From Antechinus flavipes (lineage: Eukaryota): a DNA stretch of 64,000 nt. The stretch spans positions 27,776,001-27,840,000 of the forward strand of contig NC_067401.1 in NCBI RefSeq assembly GCF_016432865.1. The letters are read 5' to 3'. A program made the translations under genes and the position numbers. The notes under the pieces were generated by a model. The model was not told the origin of the DNA and did no database searches. It saw only the letters and a program-made list of their open reading frames with translations. Shown piece after piece: positions 36,301 through 49,404 of the stretch. Within the stretch, counting starts at the first letter, position 1; every line of letters begins with the position of its first letter.

Positions 36301-39300
36301 CTCGTTGTTCTTTGGGCCAGCAGCCGGCCAAGGAGAGTCCCGGTGTTCAGGGTGGTGAACTCCTGCTTTGTCCCCTTAGGGATTTTTGCCAAACCCGACC
36401 AGGCTAAGATGAAGTTTCCAGAGACCCAACTTCAACATTCTCTGCCCTTGTTGCTGATTTGTGACAATCTTCGTGATCCTGGAAACTTGGGGACCATCCT
36501 GAGATCTGCGGCTGGGGCAGGTTGCTGCAAGGTGCTGCTCACCAAAGGTAAGGGGCTTGTTTACCTGGAGGCTCTGACAAGCCAGGGGAGCAGCTGGCAG
36601 TGACTTTGGAGAGTAGTGACAGTAAAGGGATAAAATGCCAGTGGTAAAGGGTGACTTTGTATCTGTTTTATGGCTCTGAATTCTAGAACTTTGGGGTTTA
36701 TATGTAATTTTCTGTACCAAGAACAGACTCCAGATGAGAACCAGCCTTTACAGGTTCTTCTTCTAGGGAAAGTGAAGACCCTTGGATTTAAACAGAACCC
36801 CTACCAAGTCATAAAATAACCTGAAAATCTGAAGGAACCTCAGTGACACTTAGTCCAGCTTCCTTCATTTAATAGATGAGGAAACGGCCCCTGAGAGGCC
36901 AAGTAAGCTTCCAGTGTGTCAGAAGTTGGACTTGAACGCCTGTCCTGACTCCTGAGCCAGTGCCTTTTTCAAACTGGACCATGGTGGGGGGCAGGGGGGA
37001 ACGAGTGAACTGAGATATACTTGACATTTGGGAGAAACTTGTGTAGTTAAGCAGCCACATTGTCTTTAGACTGGATGTAAATTGATCTTGGGACTAGTCG
37101 CTGAGACGTGGCTAAATTGTGACCTACAAGCAAGCCTGTAATTGTGGCCCTGCTGCCACCTCAGAGATTCCCCTTGTTTTTTCCTGTTTTGTTACTTGTC
37201 CTTTTGAGGAAGAGAAATTTTTTTTTTTTGGAAGGAGAAAAACTCAAATCTCCACAAATCCCAGCTGGTGTTCAAGTTGATACTGGCTGCAGTGCAGGGG
37301 ACAAAGTTCTGCTTGCTAGAATCCCAGATATCACGTTAGGAATTTAAGCACTTTTCCATCTCTTTCCCTTCTGCTCCTCCTAACTACCATCCCTTCCCCT
37401 GCCCCGACCCCCAGGACTGGGAGGCTTCAGATGCCCCAGAGGCTTGGAAAGCTCTGAGGGAAGTCAGAGCCCCATGTGACCCTGCTGGAGAACAGTCTCC
37501 TCTTGGCTGTTCTTCTACCTCTTGGGCAGACAGGAAACCCGCTTCAGCTCCACCCTCCGTTCCTCATCACATTTTTCTGACTTGCCTACTTGACATCTGA
37601 TGTTGAGATGGAAAGCTTTCCAGAAATGATTGTGGAAACAAACCACCTCTGAGGTGCTACCTCAGATTCATCAGATTGGCCCAGCAAACAAAAAAGGAAG
37701 GTGATCAATGCTGGAGGCATTGTAGGAACACAGGTATGTTAACGTGCTGTTGGTAGAGCTGTGAACTGGGATTGCTTTTCTGGATTTGGAACCAGGCCCA
37801 AAAAACTATTAAGCTGCACATTCCACTTGACCCAGCACCATCGCTACTATTCCAGTTACTCATCCCAGGTAGAACAAAGAAAAAGGGAAAGGGCCCATAC
37901 AAACAAAAATATTTATAACAGCTTCTTGTGATGGCAGGAAAGGGGAAAATGAAGCCAACAGAGCCATGGGAACAATTTAGACACTATTAACCACAGCATG
38001 GATACAGACAATTTTGAAAGATTTAGAACTTGGGTCAACACAGTGACCAGTCACAATTTTGAAGCATGCTGGTGCTTACCCCCTAACAGAGGCAAAGGGC
38101 TCAGAGGGCAGCTTGAGGCTTTTTTGAAAAACAAGATCAATGCAGAAATGTATTTTATGTGATTAAAAGCGGGTTTTGTTGTTATTGTTTTCTTTAAAAA
38201 AAAAAGTGAGAGGGAAAGAATGTCTGAAAGTAAAGTCAATTGAATAAAAAAGAAAGTAGCTGGGCTTGCACCCATAGTGGGCCACTAAGGAAGAGTAGGT
38301 AGAAGTGAATGCACTTATGGTAAGGTGCCTACTGCTTTCCTGCTTCCCAGTTTTCAAGGCAGGATGGGGGACTGCACTTTTTTTTTTTAGGTAGTGAATG
38401 GGAGTGAGAGGAGAGAGCAAAGAAAAGGGCCTGCCTTAGAGGCAAAGATGGGTAGGGTCAACCCCACAAAGGAATGGGCCCCCTTGTGATCGGCTTCTTT
38501 TTGTCTTTTTGTTTTTAAATAATGTTTTTTCAATCAGTAAAAATCTACTTTTATTCCTTCTCATCCCTTCATCATAAACATACGTATAGTCAGTCAAAAC
38601 AAATTCCACTTTGGCCATATCCTCAAGAAATATATGTTTGTCTCGTTCAACATTCTGATTCCTTTGCCTCTTTCAGGAGGTGGTTCCATTTTGAGTCCTT
38701 TGGAATTGTGTGGTTGGTCACCGCCACTGGGCAGAGTTCCTAAATCTTCCAGAGTTGTTTGTCTTACAATATTGTGGTCATTGTATAAATTGTTCTCCTG
38801 GTTCTCCTTACTTTCCTCTACATCACACGTACTTCAAAGTATCTCTGAAACCGTCCCGTTCACCAGTTTGTATAATAGTCGTGTTCTGTTACATCCCTAT
38901 ACCATAATTTATTAAGGCATTCCTTGAACAAGATTCCCATTCTATGTCACTATTTTTGTACATCTTTAGAGTTTACTTTGCTTTAGTTCCCCCTTGTCAT
39001 TTCTCCCTTTTCCTTTTTCCAGCAAAATATATTTTGGGATCCACCTTTTTGTGTTTTATTTTCTCCTTTGATCAATTCTAATAAGGTTCAAGTCTTAGCT
39101 GATCTCTCTCCTTTCTTTTTGTTTAGACTTAAATATGCATTCTCTAATTATTTAAGATTATTTTCCCTAACCTTTCTTTCCTTTCCTTCCTTCATCCTCT
39201 TTCAGTATATTCCTCTTCCTTCTCTATTTTTCTAAGATCATCAAAACAAAATCAAACAATTTCCAGACCTTCTGCTTAATTAGGCTCCTTTTAGAGTTCA

Positions 39301-41289
39301 GAGAAGCCACAAGTAATATCTCCCCATATTTAAATGTGAGAAGTTTATCCTTGTTTAGTTCTTTTGTGTACACCTTTTTATATTTCTCTTAACTCCTGTA
39401 TTTGAACTTCCAAGTTTCTGTGCAGTTTTGGTCTTTTCATCAGGAATGCTTTGAAGTTGTCGATTATGAAAAACTCATTTTTTCCCTTATAGGACTATAG
39501 TCTATTTGCTGGATAAGTTATTCTTGCTGAAAGTTCCCATCTCCTGCCTTCTGAAATGTCATAGTCCAAGCTCTCTGCTTCTTTGTGGGTGGTAGCTGCT
39601 AAATCATATATGATCCCGACTGTTGCTGCTTAGTATTTGAATTCTTTTTTTCTGGCTATTTGCAGTATTTTCTCTTTGACCTGGAAATTATGAATTTTGG
39701 CTCTAAAAGTTTTTACTTTGAGGGTTTTCTTTTAGGAGTTAGATTCTATTTCTACTTTGCCTTCTGATTCTAAAACATCTGGGCAGCTTTTTTAAAAAAA
39801 ATTATCTTGAAATCTTTTTTTTTTTTTTTTAATGACATAATATTCAGGTAGTCTGAGGATTTTAAATTGTTTTTCCCTGATTGGCTTTCCAGGTCAGTTG
39901 TTTTTGTTATAAGAGATACCTTATGTTTTCTTCTATTTTTTCAGGCTTTTGACTGTGTTTTAAAAACATTTCTTGTCTCATGGAGTTACGGACCTTTATT
40001 TGGTTCCTTCTAATTTTGGGCTAGTTTGATGCTTGGGCAAAGTTTTGTCATGCCAAACTCTTAATTCCTTTTCTAAATCTTTGTTTCATAGCTCTTGATT
40101 CATTTCCATTTTTTCTCCTCTTGGCCCTCATCTCATCGACAAAAACATTTTAAAACTTCATCCTTTCCAGGAGTTCTAATTGAATCTGTGTTCAACTGGT
40201 TTTGCGCGTCACCGTGTCAGCCAGTCTCTTCTGGCTTTGTAGTCATCTCAGTAACTTAAAAACTGGGATCCTTTCGTCTGCTCCTTCTTCCAGCCGGCTT
40301 CCTGACCTGGGACTCCATGTTGGGGCCGGGCTCCGAGAACCCCTGGAAGGGAGGTCCGGCCCGCTTCTGTTGCTGCATTCTTCACGTTCTCAGGAGAGCC
40401 CAGGCCCCCAAATTCTGGGGCAGAGTCTGATTGCTGCCCCTTGGTCCGAGTTCTGCCGGTTCCTGACCTGGGTTTGGCTCGAGGCAGCGACAAATGCTTC
40501 TGGACCCTGCCGGGGCCAGTCGGCTACGGCGAGAGCGACTCGGGCTTCCTCTGGGCCTGGGATTCCTGCCCCGATTCCGGACTCTGCTCCTCAGGCCCTC
40601 CCCCCTTGGGTCCCTGGCCTTGGGATTGGCCCCTGAGGAGGGCCCCCCTTCCCCCCCCGGGCAGAACCCGCACGGCTGAATTCTCCCTTTTCCTTGCAGG
40701 CTGTGTGGACGCGTGGGAGCCCAAGGTGCTCCGGGCCGGCATGGGGGCTCACTTCCAGGTGCCCATCATCAGCAACCTGGAGTGGAAGCATGTCCCCGAC
40801 CACTTACCCTCCGACGCCAGGGTCCACGTGGCCGACAACTGCGGCCTGCACGCCCGGGCCCGGCGGTCCGGCGGAGCCAGCGGCCAGGGCGGGGCGTGTG
40901 ACCGGCGCTTTCAGAAACATCCCAAGTACAAGGAGGAGGAGCCGCGGGAGGCCGTCGGGAACTGGCTCCCGGACCTCGAGGTCCAGAGCTACGACACGGC
41001 TTGGACAGAGGCGCCGGCGGCCATAGTGATAGGGGGGGAGACCCACGGGGTCAGCGTGGAGTCCCTGCAGCTGGCCGAGAGCACGGGGGGCAAGAGGCTG
41101 CTGATCCCCGTTGTGCCGGGCGTGGACAGCCTGAATTCGGCCATGGCGGCCAGCATCCTGCTCTTTGAGGGGAGACGGCAGCTGGGAGGTGGGGGGCCCC
41201 AGGCCGGGCTGATGGGCGGCAGCGAGGGGCCCCCCACTGCTCGGGACCTCGGGGCTCTCCAGGAGGAGTTTTCGCGCTTGAGGAGCTAG
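33391..41289 (+). CDS. MRM3: Mitochondrial rRNA methyltransferase 3 (RNMTL1, SpoU/SPOUT family), 469 aa; exons 33391-33797, 35265-35509, 36380-36547, 40700-41289
   Basis: Exons of 407, 245, 168 and 590 nt join in frame. SpoU motifs CDNLRDPGNLGTILRSA, EPKVLRAGMGAHF, VIGGETHGVS and IP...GVDSLNSAMAASILLFE are present. Confidence 0.97.
33550..33723 (+). repeat. 54-bp coding tandem repeat (3.2 copies) in MRM3 exon 1
   Basis: Units start at 33550, 33604, 33658 and 33712 and encode KPEPEQRRRESPGSGREL. Confidence 0.97.
34861..34999 (+). mobile_element. short CORE-SINE (WSINE1-like) in MRM3 intron 1
   Basis: tRNA-like head, ctcagacacttaacacttcctggctgtgtgaccctgggcaagtcac core, A-rich tail. Confidence 0.8.
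38495..40200 (-). mobile_element. old L1-related element: 3'UTR-like part (38530-38930) and ORF1-like part (about 39400-40200)
   Basis: Degenerate T-rich strand with L1 3'UTR and ORF1-region similarity as I recall the consensus; no ORF2-like sequence seen between the two parts. Confidence 0.55.
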
Positions 41290-41631
41290 GGGGGCCGCTG
41301 GACAGTCACCTGGTCCCCACTTTGTGATTATACCTTTTCCTTAGAAGCCGCAGTGTCTCGGGGGCTCATGCTTTTCTGGAGAAAATCGGGGAGGGCATGG
41401 GCTCCGGGCGGCTTCCCCAGCCTGCCTCCCCTGCAGAGAACCAGCAGGGGGCAGCAGCAACAATGGCCGGCAAGGAGGAGCAAGCAGGCTTAAACAGGAG
41501 ATCCCTGCTCGGAAGCCTGGGGGGGAGGGGGAAGGGGAGCGGGGAGGGCCATTGATCCGGGTGCCTTGGGGGGGGTGGGGCCGAGAAGCGGCCTCTGGGA
41601 TCCCTTATACTAAGAAAGTTAGCCGGTGGGA

Positions 41632-41998
41632 CAGGTGGTCCCGGAGCCCTTGTGGGCCGGGCCGGGCCCCTCCAGCAGTGGCTCACTAAAGGCTGTTGGG
41701 TTTTATTAGTGGGCCGACATCTCACCTCTGACCTGGGGTGGCCCGACAGACATGGGAGGGGAGGGGCAGGGGAGGGGGAGGCAGTGATCCCGATGCCTTC
41801 TGGGGACATGGGGCTGAGAAGCAACCTCAGGGCTCCATTATAATAAGGTAGGTGGTGGAGCAGGTGGTCCTGGAGCCCCTGTGGGCCGGGCCGGGCCATG
41901 CGGACACCCAGGAAGGCAGGGCCCCTCCAGCCACGGCTCACCGAGGGTTTTATTAGGGGGCCAACGTCTCACCTCTGACCTGGCGTGGCCCCGCAGAC
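41632..41998. repeat. diverged direct duplication (41632-41751 / 41861-41998)
   Basis: Both copies read caggtggtcc.ggagccc.tgtgggccgggccgggcc...ggttttattag.gggcc.ac.tctcacctctgacctgg.gtggccc...cagac. Confidence 0.85.
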
Positions 41999-44900
41999 GC
42001 TGAGCCGGGGCGGGGAGGCCGGGCCCAGCAGCCAGGTGGGAGCTAAGCCCCGAGGGGAAGGCTTCCTTCTGGATAAGTGACGGCCCAGCCTGGGCCCTCG
42101 GGCTCGCCTAGTATGCTGGGAAGGTGTCTGCTGCCGGGGTGCCCCCCCCCCCCCCCGCGGAGCCCGCTTCTGGAGGGGCTCCTTCCCCCTGCAGCCAGCC
42201 GGCTCCCCTCGGGGTCTGTACCCTCAGGAAAGCAGGATCGTTTCCCCTTCATTTGCAACGACTCGAGCCAGTGTGCCCCGGTACTTATAACCTTCCGTCC
42301 TCCACAGGAACAAAACGAGGCAACCCGAGAATATGTCAGGGACTCGGATTACTACCCACAGGCCCCGTGTCTCCTCCCTTCCCCCAGGGGAGGGGGGTCC
42401 GGCCAAGGCAGAAGGTTGTGGGTGGTGAAGATCCTGAATCGGGGGAGTGGGAGGGTGGTCCCAGAGTTAGGGAGGATCTCGGGGTCTCACCCCCCTCCCC
42501 AAGAGGAGTGCACTTGACCAATGGGCATCTGGCCTCTGGTAGCAAGTCTTAAGTTGCCCCTTGGCAGCTGAAACCCGTGCCGCCACCTCTGCCCTGCTCA
42601 GGAACCGCTTGGTCCTTGCGTGTTCCCCTTTCTAGCTGCAGTCCTGGCGCCTGCCGTCCCCCAGTGAAGGGAGCCATGGTTCCCTTGCTCAGGCTGAGCC
42701 TCTGCAAATGGGCAGGCGTCCCTGGGGGGCACAGCAGCGTCTGCTTGTGGGCAGTGAGCGGAGGGTTCTGCCCGGGCTCTCACCTCCCAGACTGAGCAGC
42801 CGGGGCAGCTCAGGCCCCTCATGCAGGGGACCCCGGAGAGCGCAGATCCACGACAGAGAAGCATTGCCCTGCCATTGGCTAACGGAGCCAGATTGGGGGG
42901 GAGGGGGGACGGCGCACAGGAGCGGAGCACAGGTTTCTACCCCCACACAAGGCAAGAGGTTCCCTCCCCCAGCCTGCCTGTGGCCAACCCTCCTCCCCCT
43001 GGGGAGGACTCATGTATATTTAATCCGAGCCACCCGGAACAGCCGTGGCCCAGGGCTCGGGCGCCATGGAAATCGGCAGATGTTTGTCCCGGGGTGGAGA
43101 AGGGCGGGCCACGTGCCAGGATTGGGGCTCAGTGGTGGGGAGGGGCCCTTCCAACGTCCAACTGGACACAGCCTCAGGGCTGCTCTGGGTCACCTGCCAC
43201 TCCCCCAGTGGCTGGGCGCCGTCCTCCCAGGGCTGGCCAACCTCCCCCCGTATGTTTAGAGAGGGGCCTTCTCCCAGCAGGGGCACGGGGGGTGGGGAAC
43301 GGGCACCCGAGCTGGAGAGGCTGCAGATTTCTGGGGTGTCGGCTAGTGGGCAGCTGGTGCTCAGGGGTGCGACCCGCTCGGAGGCTTCCTGCCCACGGCC
43401 AGCTCAGCCCGGGCGAGCAAACCCGGCCTTCCTACGTGTGCTTATCCTGAACTTAGCTCTGTCTCCCGGCGGCCGGTCCCGGGGAAGGCCTCGGACTCAC
43501 CTGGGGCCCTGGGCCTGGGAGGCCACGAGGCGCAGCCGGCCACGGGCCCCCGCCCTCCAGAGCTGCTCTCTCCCCGGGGGGAACCAGCACCCCAAGGTTA
43601 CCTGCTCAGCGTCCCAGGTGATGCCGGAGAGGGCGAGGGCGGCCTGCTCTGGGCCGTTCAGAATGGGGCTTTGCTCAGGAAATCCCAAACCGCCGAACAA
43701 CCGGCAGGAACAGTAACCGGGGAAAACCTCTCGGACAAGTAGCAGCTCCTCATCCGCTCCATGGCAAGGAGACCGGATGCGTTAGAGAGCGACACCAGCA
43801 GCTGCTCAGCTGCCGTTACCCCGTCTCCAGCGCGGTCCGAGCGGCAGAATGTCGGGCGCTGCGGGTCCTGTACCTGCCCAGGTGCCTCGGTCTCCCCTCC
43901 GGGGCGCAAGTGTCGAAGGGAGCCCCGGAAAGAGTTTTATCTAAAACCTACCTGAAGCACGGATACCTTTATAGTAACCACGCTCCTCCTCTGCATTTAC
44001 TTTCAGTGACAAAGAGCTTCTACCTCGCTGGAAAGGCTCAGAGGACTTAAATCTGTCCACAAATAGCTTCTAATCATTTTCTGCCCTTTGGAGACAGATG
44101 AATTCTTCCAAGATTTAAAAGTAGCTTTATCACTCTTAGCAAGTCGGAAGAAACTCAGCGCAGCTTCTTGCCCAACTCCCTCACTTTACAGATTTGGAAA
44201 CTGAGGTTTGGAGAAATGTAGTCCCTGCTCCAGCTGACACAAGGACCAAAGAACAGCCAAGATTCCCGTCCGGTCTGTAGGGACCCAGGAAGCACAGGGG
44301 GCTTGAGCTGAAAGGTGGCGGCTTTTATCCCATCCTCCATTTCCTACCGAGGTGACCTTGATCAGTCACTCCTTTCTGAGCCTTCCTCTTTGGGGGCCTT
44401 GGACTCTCCTCCCTCTCCCTTGCTGCCTCTCATGGCGTGGATTCCAGGTGCCCCCTTCCTATTCTGGGGCCCTCTGGATGCAGCTGATAGCCCTTGTTTT
44501 TGAAATGCAGCTCCTGGATAGTCCCTGACGATCCCTGCTAAAGCAAGCGGTTTCCTGTTTTAGTGGAAAGGATCCTGCGCTTGTCTTCAGAATCACAGGC
44601 ATCTCCCTTTTGAGGCATCTTCCCAAGTCCCGGCAAGCCGACAAACATTTTCTAAGCGCCCACTATGTGCCGGGCGCTGTCCAAACGGCCAGGATAGAAA
44701 GCCCCCGTGTTCAAGAAGCCCCCACCGATGGGAGTGACGGCACACAAACGTATCCTCTGAGACTGAGAGTAGCACTTTCTGGTACAGCCTAAATCAGGAT
44801 GCAAAATCCTGGAGCAGAGGGACTTCTCCCCAGCCTTCACTTGGCACCGCCCACCAAAAAAGTAGACTCTTAATAAATGCTTATTGTTTGAATGTATATG

Positions 44901-47900
44901 TATGAATGAGTACAGGGACTATGTTTATTATTCATACCCCAGCACCTAGCATCGTGTTTGGCACATAATAGTGCTTAATAAACGCTTGCTCAGTGAACGG
45001 CTGTTGGGAGTCAACTTCTAATTCTGAAACTAGCGAGGTAGGCCGGACAAGACTTTTCAGACTCAGTTTCCTAATCTGTAAAGTGATGCTTCTACTTGCC
45101 CTAATTCTCAAGGTTATTATGAAGAGAAAACACTTTGTAAACTTTATTATATAAATGAGTTCTATTCATTACTGGAGATTCCTGATTTATTTACATTTTC
45201 TGGCGCTGAAAAAGAATAAAAAAAACCCAAAACTTCAGGGGTCAGGGAAACCTTTATCTTTCGGATTTTATTATGCCTGAAAAATAAGGATGACCCGCTG
45301 GGCCCCAGCTTAGCAGCTGATCAGCCCACACTGCCTCTTGGGAGAAGCCCAGGAAGGATCTTGTCATCTAAATGAGATTCTGCCGTCACCTGCCTCGGGC
45401 TGTATGTTTGTCCACATGTCTGGAAATACTATTTTTTTTCCTTTCACAACATCACTGAAATGGAATTGGAAATCTAGAAGCCCTCGAGAGCAGCTCCTGG
45501 TCTGCATCTAGTGGGGCGTTTTTAGTATGGGGCGCATTCTATAGCATGTGCGGAGAGGGCACGCTTGGCGATACCCTAGAAGAATAAAAGGCGTAGACAT
45601 CGCTGGGGTTTTTCATGCTCAAAAATATGGAACCTCAGAGCTTAGAAGGAAATTCAGGAGGCAGCCTAGTCCAGCCTCCCTTATTTTTCAGAAATACTTG
45701 GAGGGATTCTGCTTTCCAGGCCACCCCTCCCCCACTCCCATGTCATATTGTCCCCCCTTAGGGTAAAATTCCAACCAAAATAGCCATGAAAGAAATTTAC
45801 CCAGTATGATGTTTTCCACATAAAATGCTCCAAAAACAAAACAACAAACCTTTTGTTTCCTGGAAAATACTAGGTTTTACTCTCTACGCATGCGCATATG
45901 CCCCATTAACCCTAATAACAGGGCTAATAAACAGCTGCCATTTGGCCCCAAAGACAGCAGTTTTCACTCACCAGATTGCTCCAGGGAAAGCTGGAATGCA
46001 GCCCTCTTCTCCCCCCCCTCCTTTTTTTTGTCCCTGTCCAGGTCAATAAAGTGGTTCATGGAGGAAGCAAAGGAAAAACCAATCCTCCCTTAAATTACAA
46101 GCTTCAAAGGGAAGGCCCGGAGGCACCTTGGGAACCTGCAGCTCCCTGGGCTGGCAGACCCCACAGGAACTACCCCCCTTCCCCGGGGCAAGGCTGAAGA
46201 GGGACATCCTGGAGTTTTGTCTGCTCTCGACCCACTGCTTGCAGCTCTCGGGTAGTCTGGCACTGGGGGGGGGGGGCGGGGTTGGGATGGCCTTGCTCAT
46301 GCTGGCATTGGGGGAGCTGGCACAGCTAACACACACATGGATTGTATGTGCGTGTGTGTAACAAACACATGTGAGGGCAGGCGTGTTTTCTTCCTAAGCC
46401 AAGCAACTATAAACGACTTGAAAGTGCCCGTCTGGGCCGCGGGGTCCGGCTGATCTGTTCTGGCCCCTTTCCCTGGGCTTTGTGGTGCCAATCTGCTGCT
46501 TTGGGAATCATTCTCCTGCCACCAACATGGGCCTGGACGTGGCTGTGCGAGGGAAGAGGTGGAGGAACAGGGAAGGGGCCTTTTAGAGTCTTTAGACGAG
46601 AGGGAAAAAATAAAGCCTGCATGGTAACCACTGTAAGCGAAGATGGCGCCCCCAAGTAGTAACGCGCCGCTGTCATTTGGGGAAGGGGAGCCACTGATGG
46701 CACCGAAATGGAAAATTAAACCTTCCAGTTCCACGCGTCCCCACGGTCCGATTTCTGTCCTCCCTGGACCAGCTCCCACCATTGTTGTCTAAGCAGATCC
46801 CCGATGCCGCTGACAGTTGTGAAAATCTTTGTCTAGTAAATGGGCAAGACCTGATCTGGCAGTCATTGTGCAGAAAACAAATCGGGGAACCTTGGGTAGC
46901 GGTTTCAGTCATCTCCCTGACTCTTACGTACGGGGCGCGGTTTCTCTTGCTGCCGGGAGCCTTTACAGAGGACGCAGGGGATGCTTTAACCTGCTTCTAA
47001 TTAGTGACCAGAACTTTAAGGTATTCCCGACTGCTCTGGGGGAAGTGCTCCTACCACCCACTTTGTCTGCACCAACATCTGTCTGGCTCTTGGGCAAGGG
47101 CCAGGCCCCTGTTCTGCTCTTGGTGGTATTAGATCTTTAATTTCTTTATCCCAGTGTAACCACTACAAGGAACATATGCACAAAGGGGAAGAGAGCCGGC
47201 CTTCGGCCATGTTGCAAAGTAACTTATGCTTCCCTTCAAACAGTTTACGCTCCTTGGGACGGACTCCAGCTGACAGCTACCAGAGCCAGAATTGGAAATG
47301 CCAGCAGAGGCCCGGAGATAGCCCGGCTATTTTTTGTTTTTCGCCTGGTGTCCACTTACGGCTCCTGCAGGGGCCGCCTGGCAGAAACCCTCATTCCTTT
47401 TGCTTCAGAGGACACGCAGCTGCTCAGTGGGACACAGGATCCTTTGCTGGCTTGCAGCAAAGATGCAGGTGGAAGCCCCCCTCCGGCTCCCCTTTCTCTT
47501 CTCTTTCCGCCCCAAGGGAAACATTCAGCCAGCCTCAGCTCACCCTGAGACGCGGTTCAGATTTAAACTTGGCGCCCCAGAGTGCACGCCACGGACTCAT
47601 GTTCCGAGAGCAGGTGAGCTTCAGGCCAAGGTCAGGTTTGAGGGCTTCCCCCCACTGTCTGTATCTTTCATTTTTTAAACTAGAGCCGGATTCTCCCTGC
47701 CTCGCCCAGGCCAGGAGCGCAGCGGCTACTCACCGCCCCGCTCCTATGGCCCATCATCATGGGAGCTTCCACTTCCCGTTTCCAAACTAGGCCGGTTTGA
47801 CCCTCCTTAGGTGCACCGGTGGCCTCCCTTCTCCCCACAGAGAGCTCACCTCCTGGTGCTAGCCTGTGGTGGTCCAGCCTACAGTGAGCTCAGACCTAAG

Positions 47901-48254
47901 GGGTTTAGCCTCAGGCTCCCCAGTAACCCCAGGGGTTCCAGCCTCTGCCACCATGTGGCCGGGCTTTGCCCAAGACTTCTGGGTAATTGCCTCTCAGAGA
48001 CAGTTCTCAGGGAAATCGCAGGATCACGGCCCCTCGGCTGACGGCTTCTCAGTCATCACGGCGGCCGAGCTCTTACCCTTCTCCTGGCTCTCCAACAAGG
48101 AAGGGCCCGCCCAGTCCAACACAGCAGCCTCGCGCAAACAGCCCCCAGCCACGCACTTCTTGGGGGTGAAAGCGGGGGGCCGATGGGACGAGTAGCCGGC
48201 AGCTCCCTTCACAAAGGAACTCTACACGCCAGTGAAAAACCCAAAGGTGCCTGT

Positions 48255-48260
48255 TTTATT
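48255..48260 (-). terminator. probable NXN polyadenylation signal
   Basis: Minus-strand AATAAA about 1.15 kb after the NXN stop. Confidence 0.6.
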
Positions 48261-49404
48261 TTTAAGTGACTGCATCTCAGACCTGGGCCATCATTAGACT
48301 AACTTCCTACCCTTTGAACTACAAGAACAAAACAACACAGCAAGGGCGAGCAAAGTCCATAGCTTCCTTTAGGGAGCTGGGTCTTCCTGCGAGCAGTCAC
48401 CCCAAGGGGCTGGGGGCCCTTTCCCCGAGGCCGGTCTGCGCCCACGGCGGGGAAGGCCTGGCACAGCTCTGCCCAAACTCCTGGCTTCAGAGAACACTGC
48501 TCCTTTGGGTGCCTTTTGGTGTGGGAGGATGTAAGATGCGGGGGAAATAATGCTGGGTTCAGAGTCTGGGAACCTGGGTTCAAATCCTGGCTCTGCCACT
48601 TACTACCTGTGGGAGCTCTGGCAAGTCAGTCCACCTAGATGGGCCTCGGTTTCCCCCTTGGTAAGGATAGGGGCTATGCTAGACCACCTCCGGGAAGGGA
48701 TCTGTCTTGTGCTTTTCAAATTGTGGGAGCCGAGGGTCCCAGCGGACACCCCGGAGGGGCTCTCCAGCACCACCTTAGCCAGGGGCCTGCCCGTAGGGCT
48801 TGGGCCCCTCTGAGGACGGACGGCACAAGTCCTTGGTCGAGGAACCAGGACGGCCATGAGTGTGACTAAAGGCAGCGGGGGTGTTCCTGGGAGAAGGTGG
48901 GCCCTAAAGGGGGGGGCAGAGGAGGAGAGAGGGGCTCCGAGTTCCCTCTTGGCTCAGGACGGCGCCCGAAGGACCTGAGGAAGCCATGACCTCCCTTCCC
49001 TGAGCCAAGACCCAGCCCAACTGATGGTGGGCACCGACACCCAGCGCCCCACCCGCCCGCCTCCGGGAGAGTCCTGGGTGTGTGCTCCCGAGCGGGTCTG
49101 TGCCCGGAGGGGGACTGTGGCCAAATTACCCGCCTGCTTGCTGCCTAACCCGGGGGAGGGGCACCCCGGCCAGGATTTCCCTGTAAAAATCCCCGTTCTG
49201 GCCCAGATAAGTCAGCGCGGAGCAGGAGCCGTCTCTGAGACCCGGACTCTTGCCCCTGAGAAGGAGGCGCCCCCCTCAGAACTTTACAAAGGCACCACCA
49301 GGAGCTCACACATGAGGGCGACAGAAACAGCTGAAAAGTCCAAGGGCGTAAAGGGGGAGGAGGCGGCCGAGTCTTAAATAGTGTCCAAGGAGGCCCCGGT
49401 CCCC

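Noticed and set aside
42280-42420. Acceptor-like site followed by EQNEATREYVRDSDYYPQ
   Set aside because: No convincing donor, no recognisable homology and no gene to assign it to.
45800-45900. ATGATG C-box-like motif suggesting a C/D snoRNA
   Set aside because: No D box (CTGA) or terminal stem at a suitable distance, and it is not inside an identified intron.
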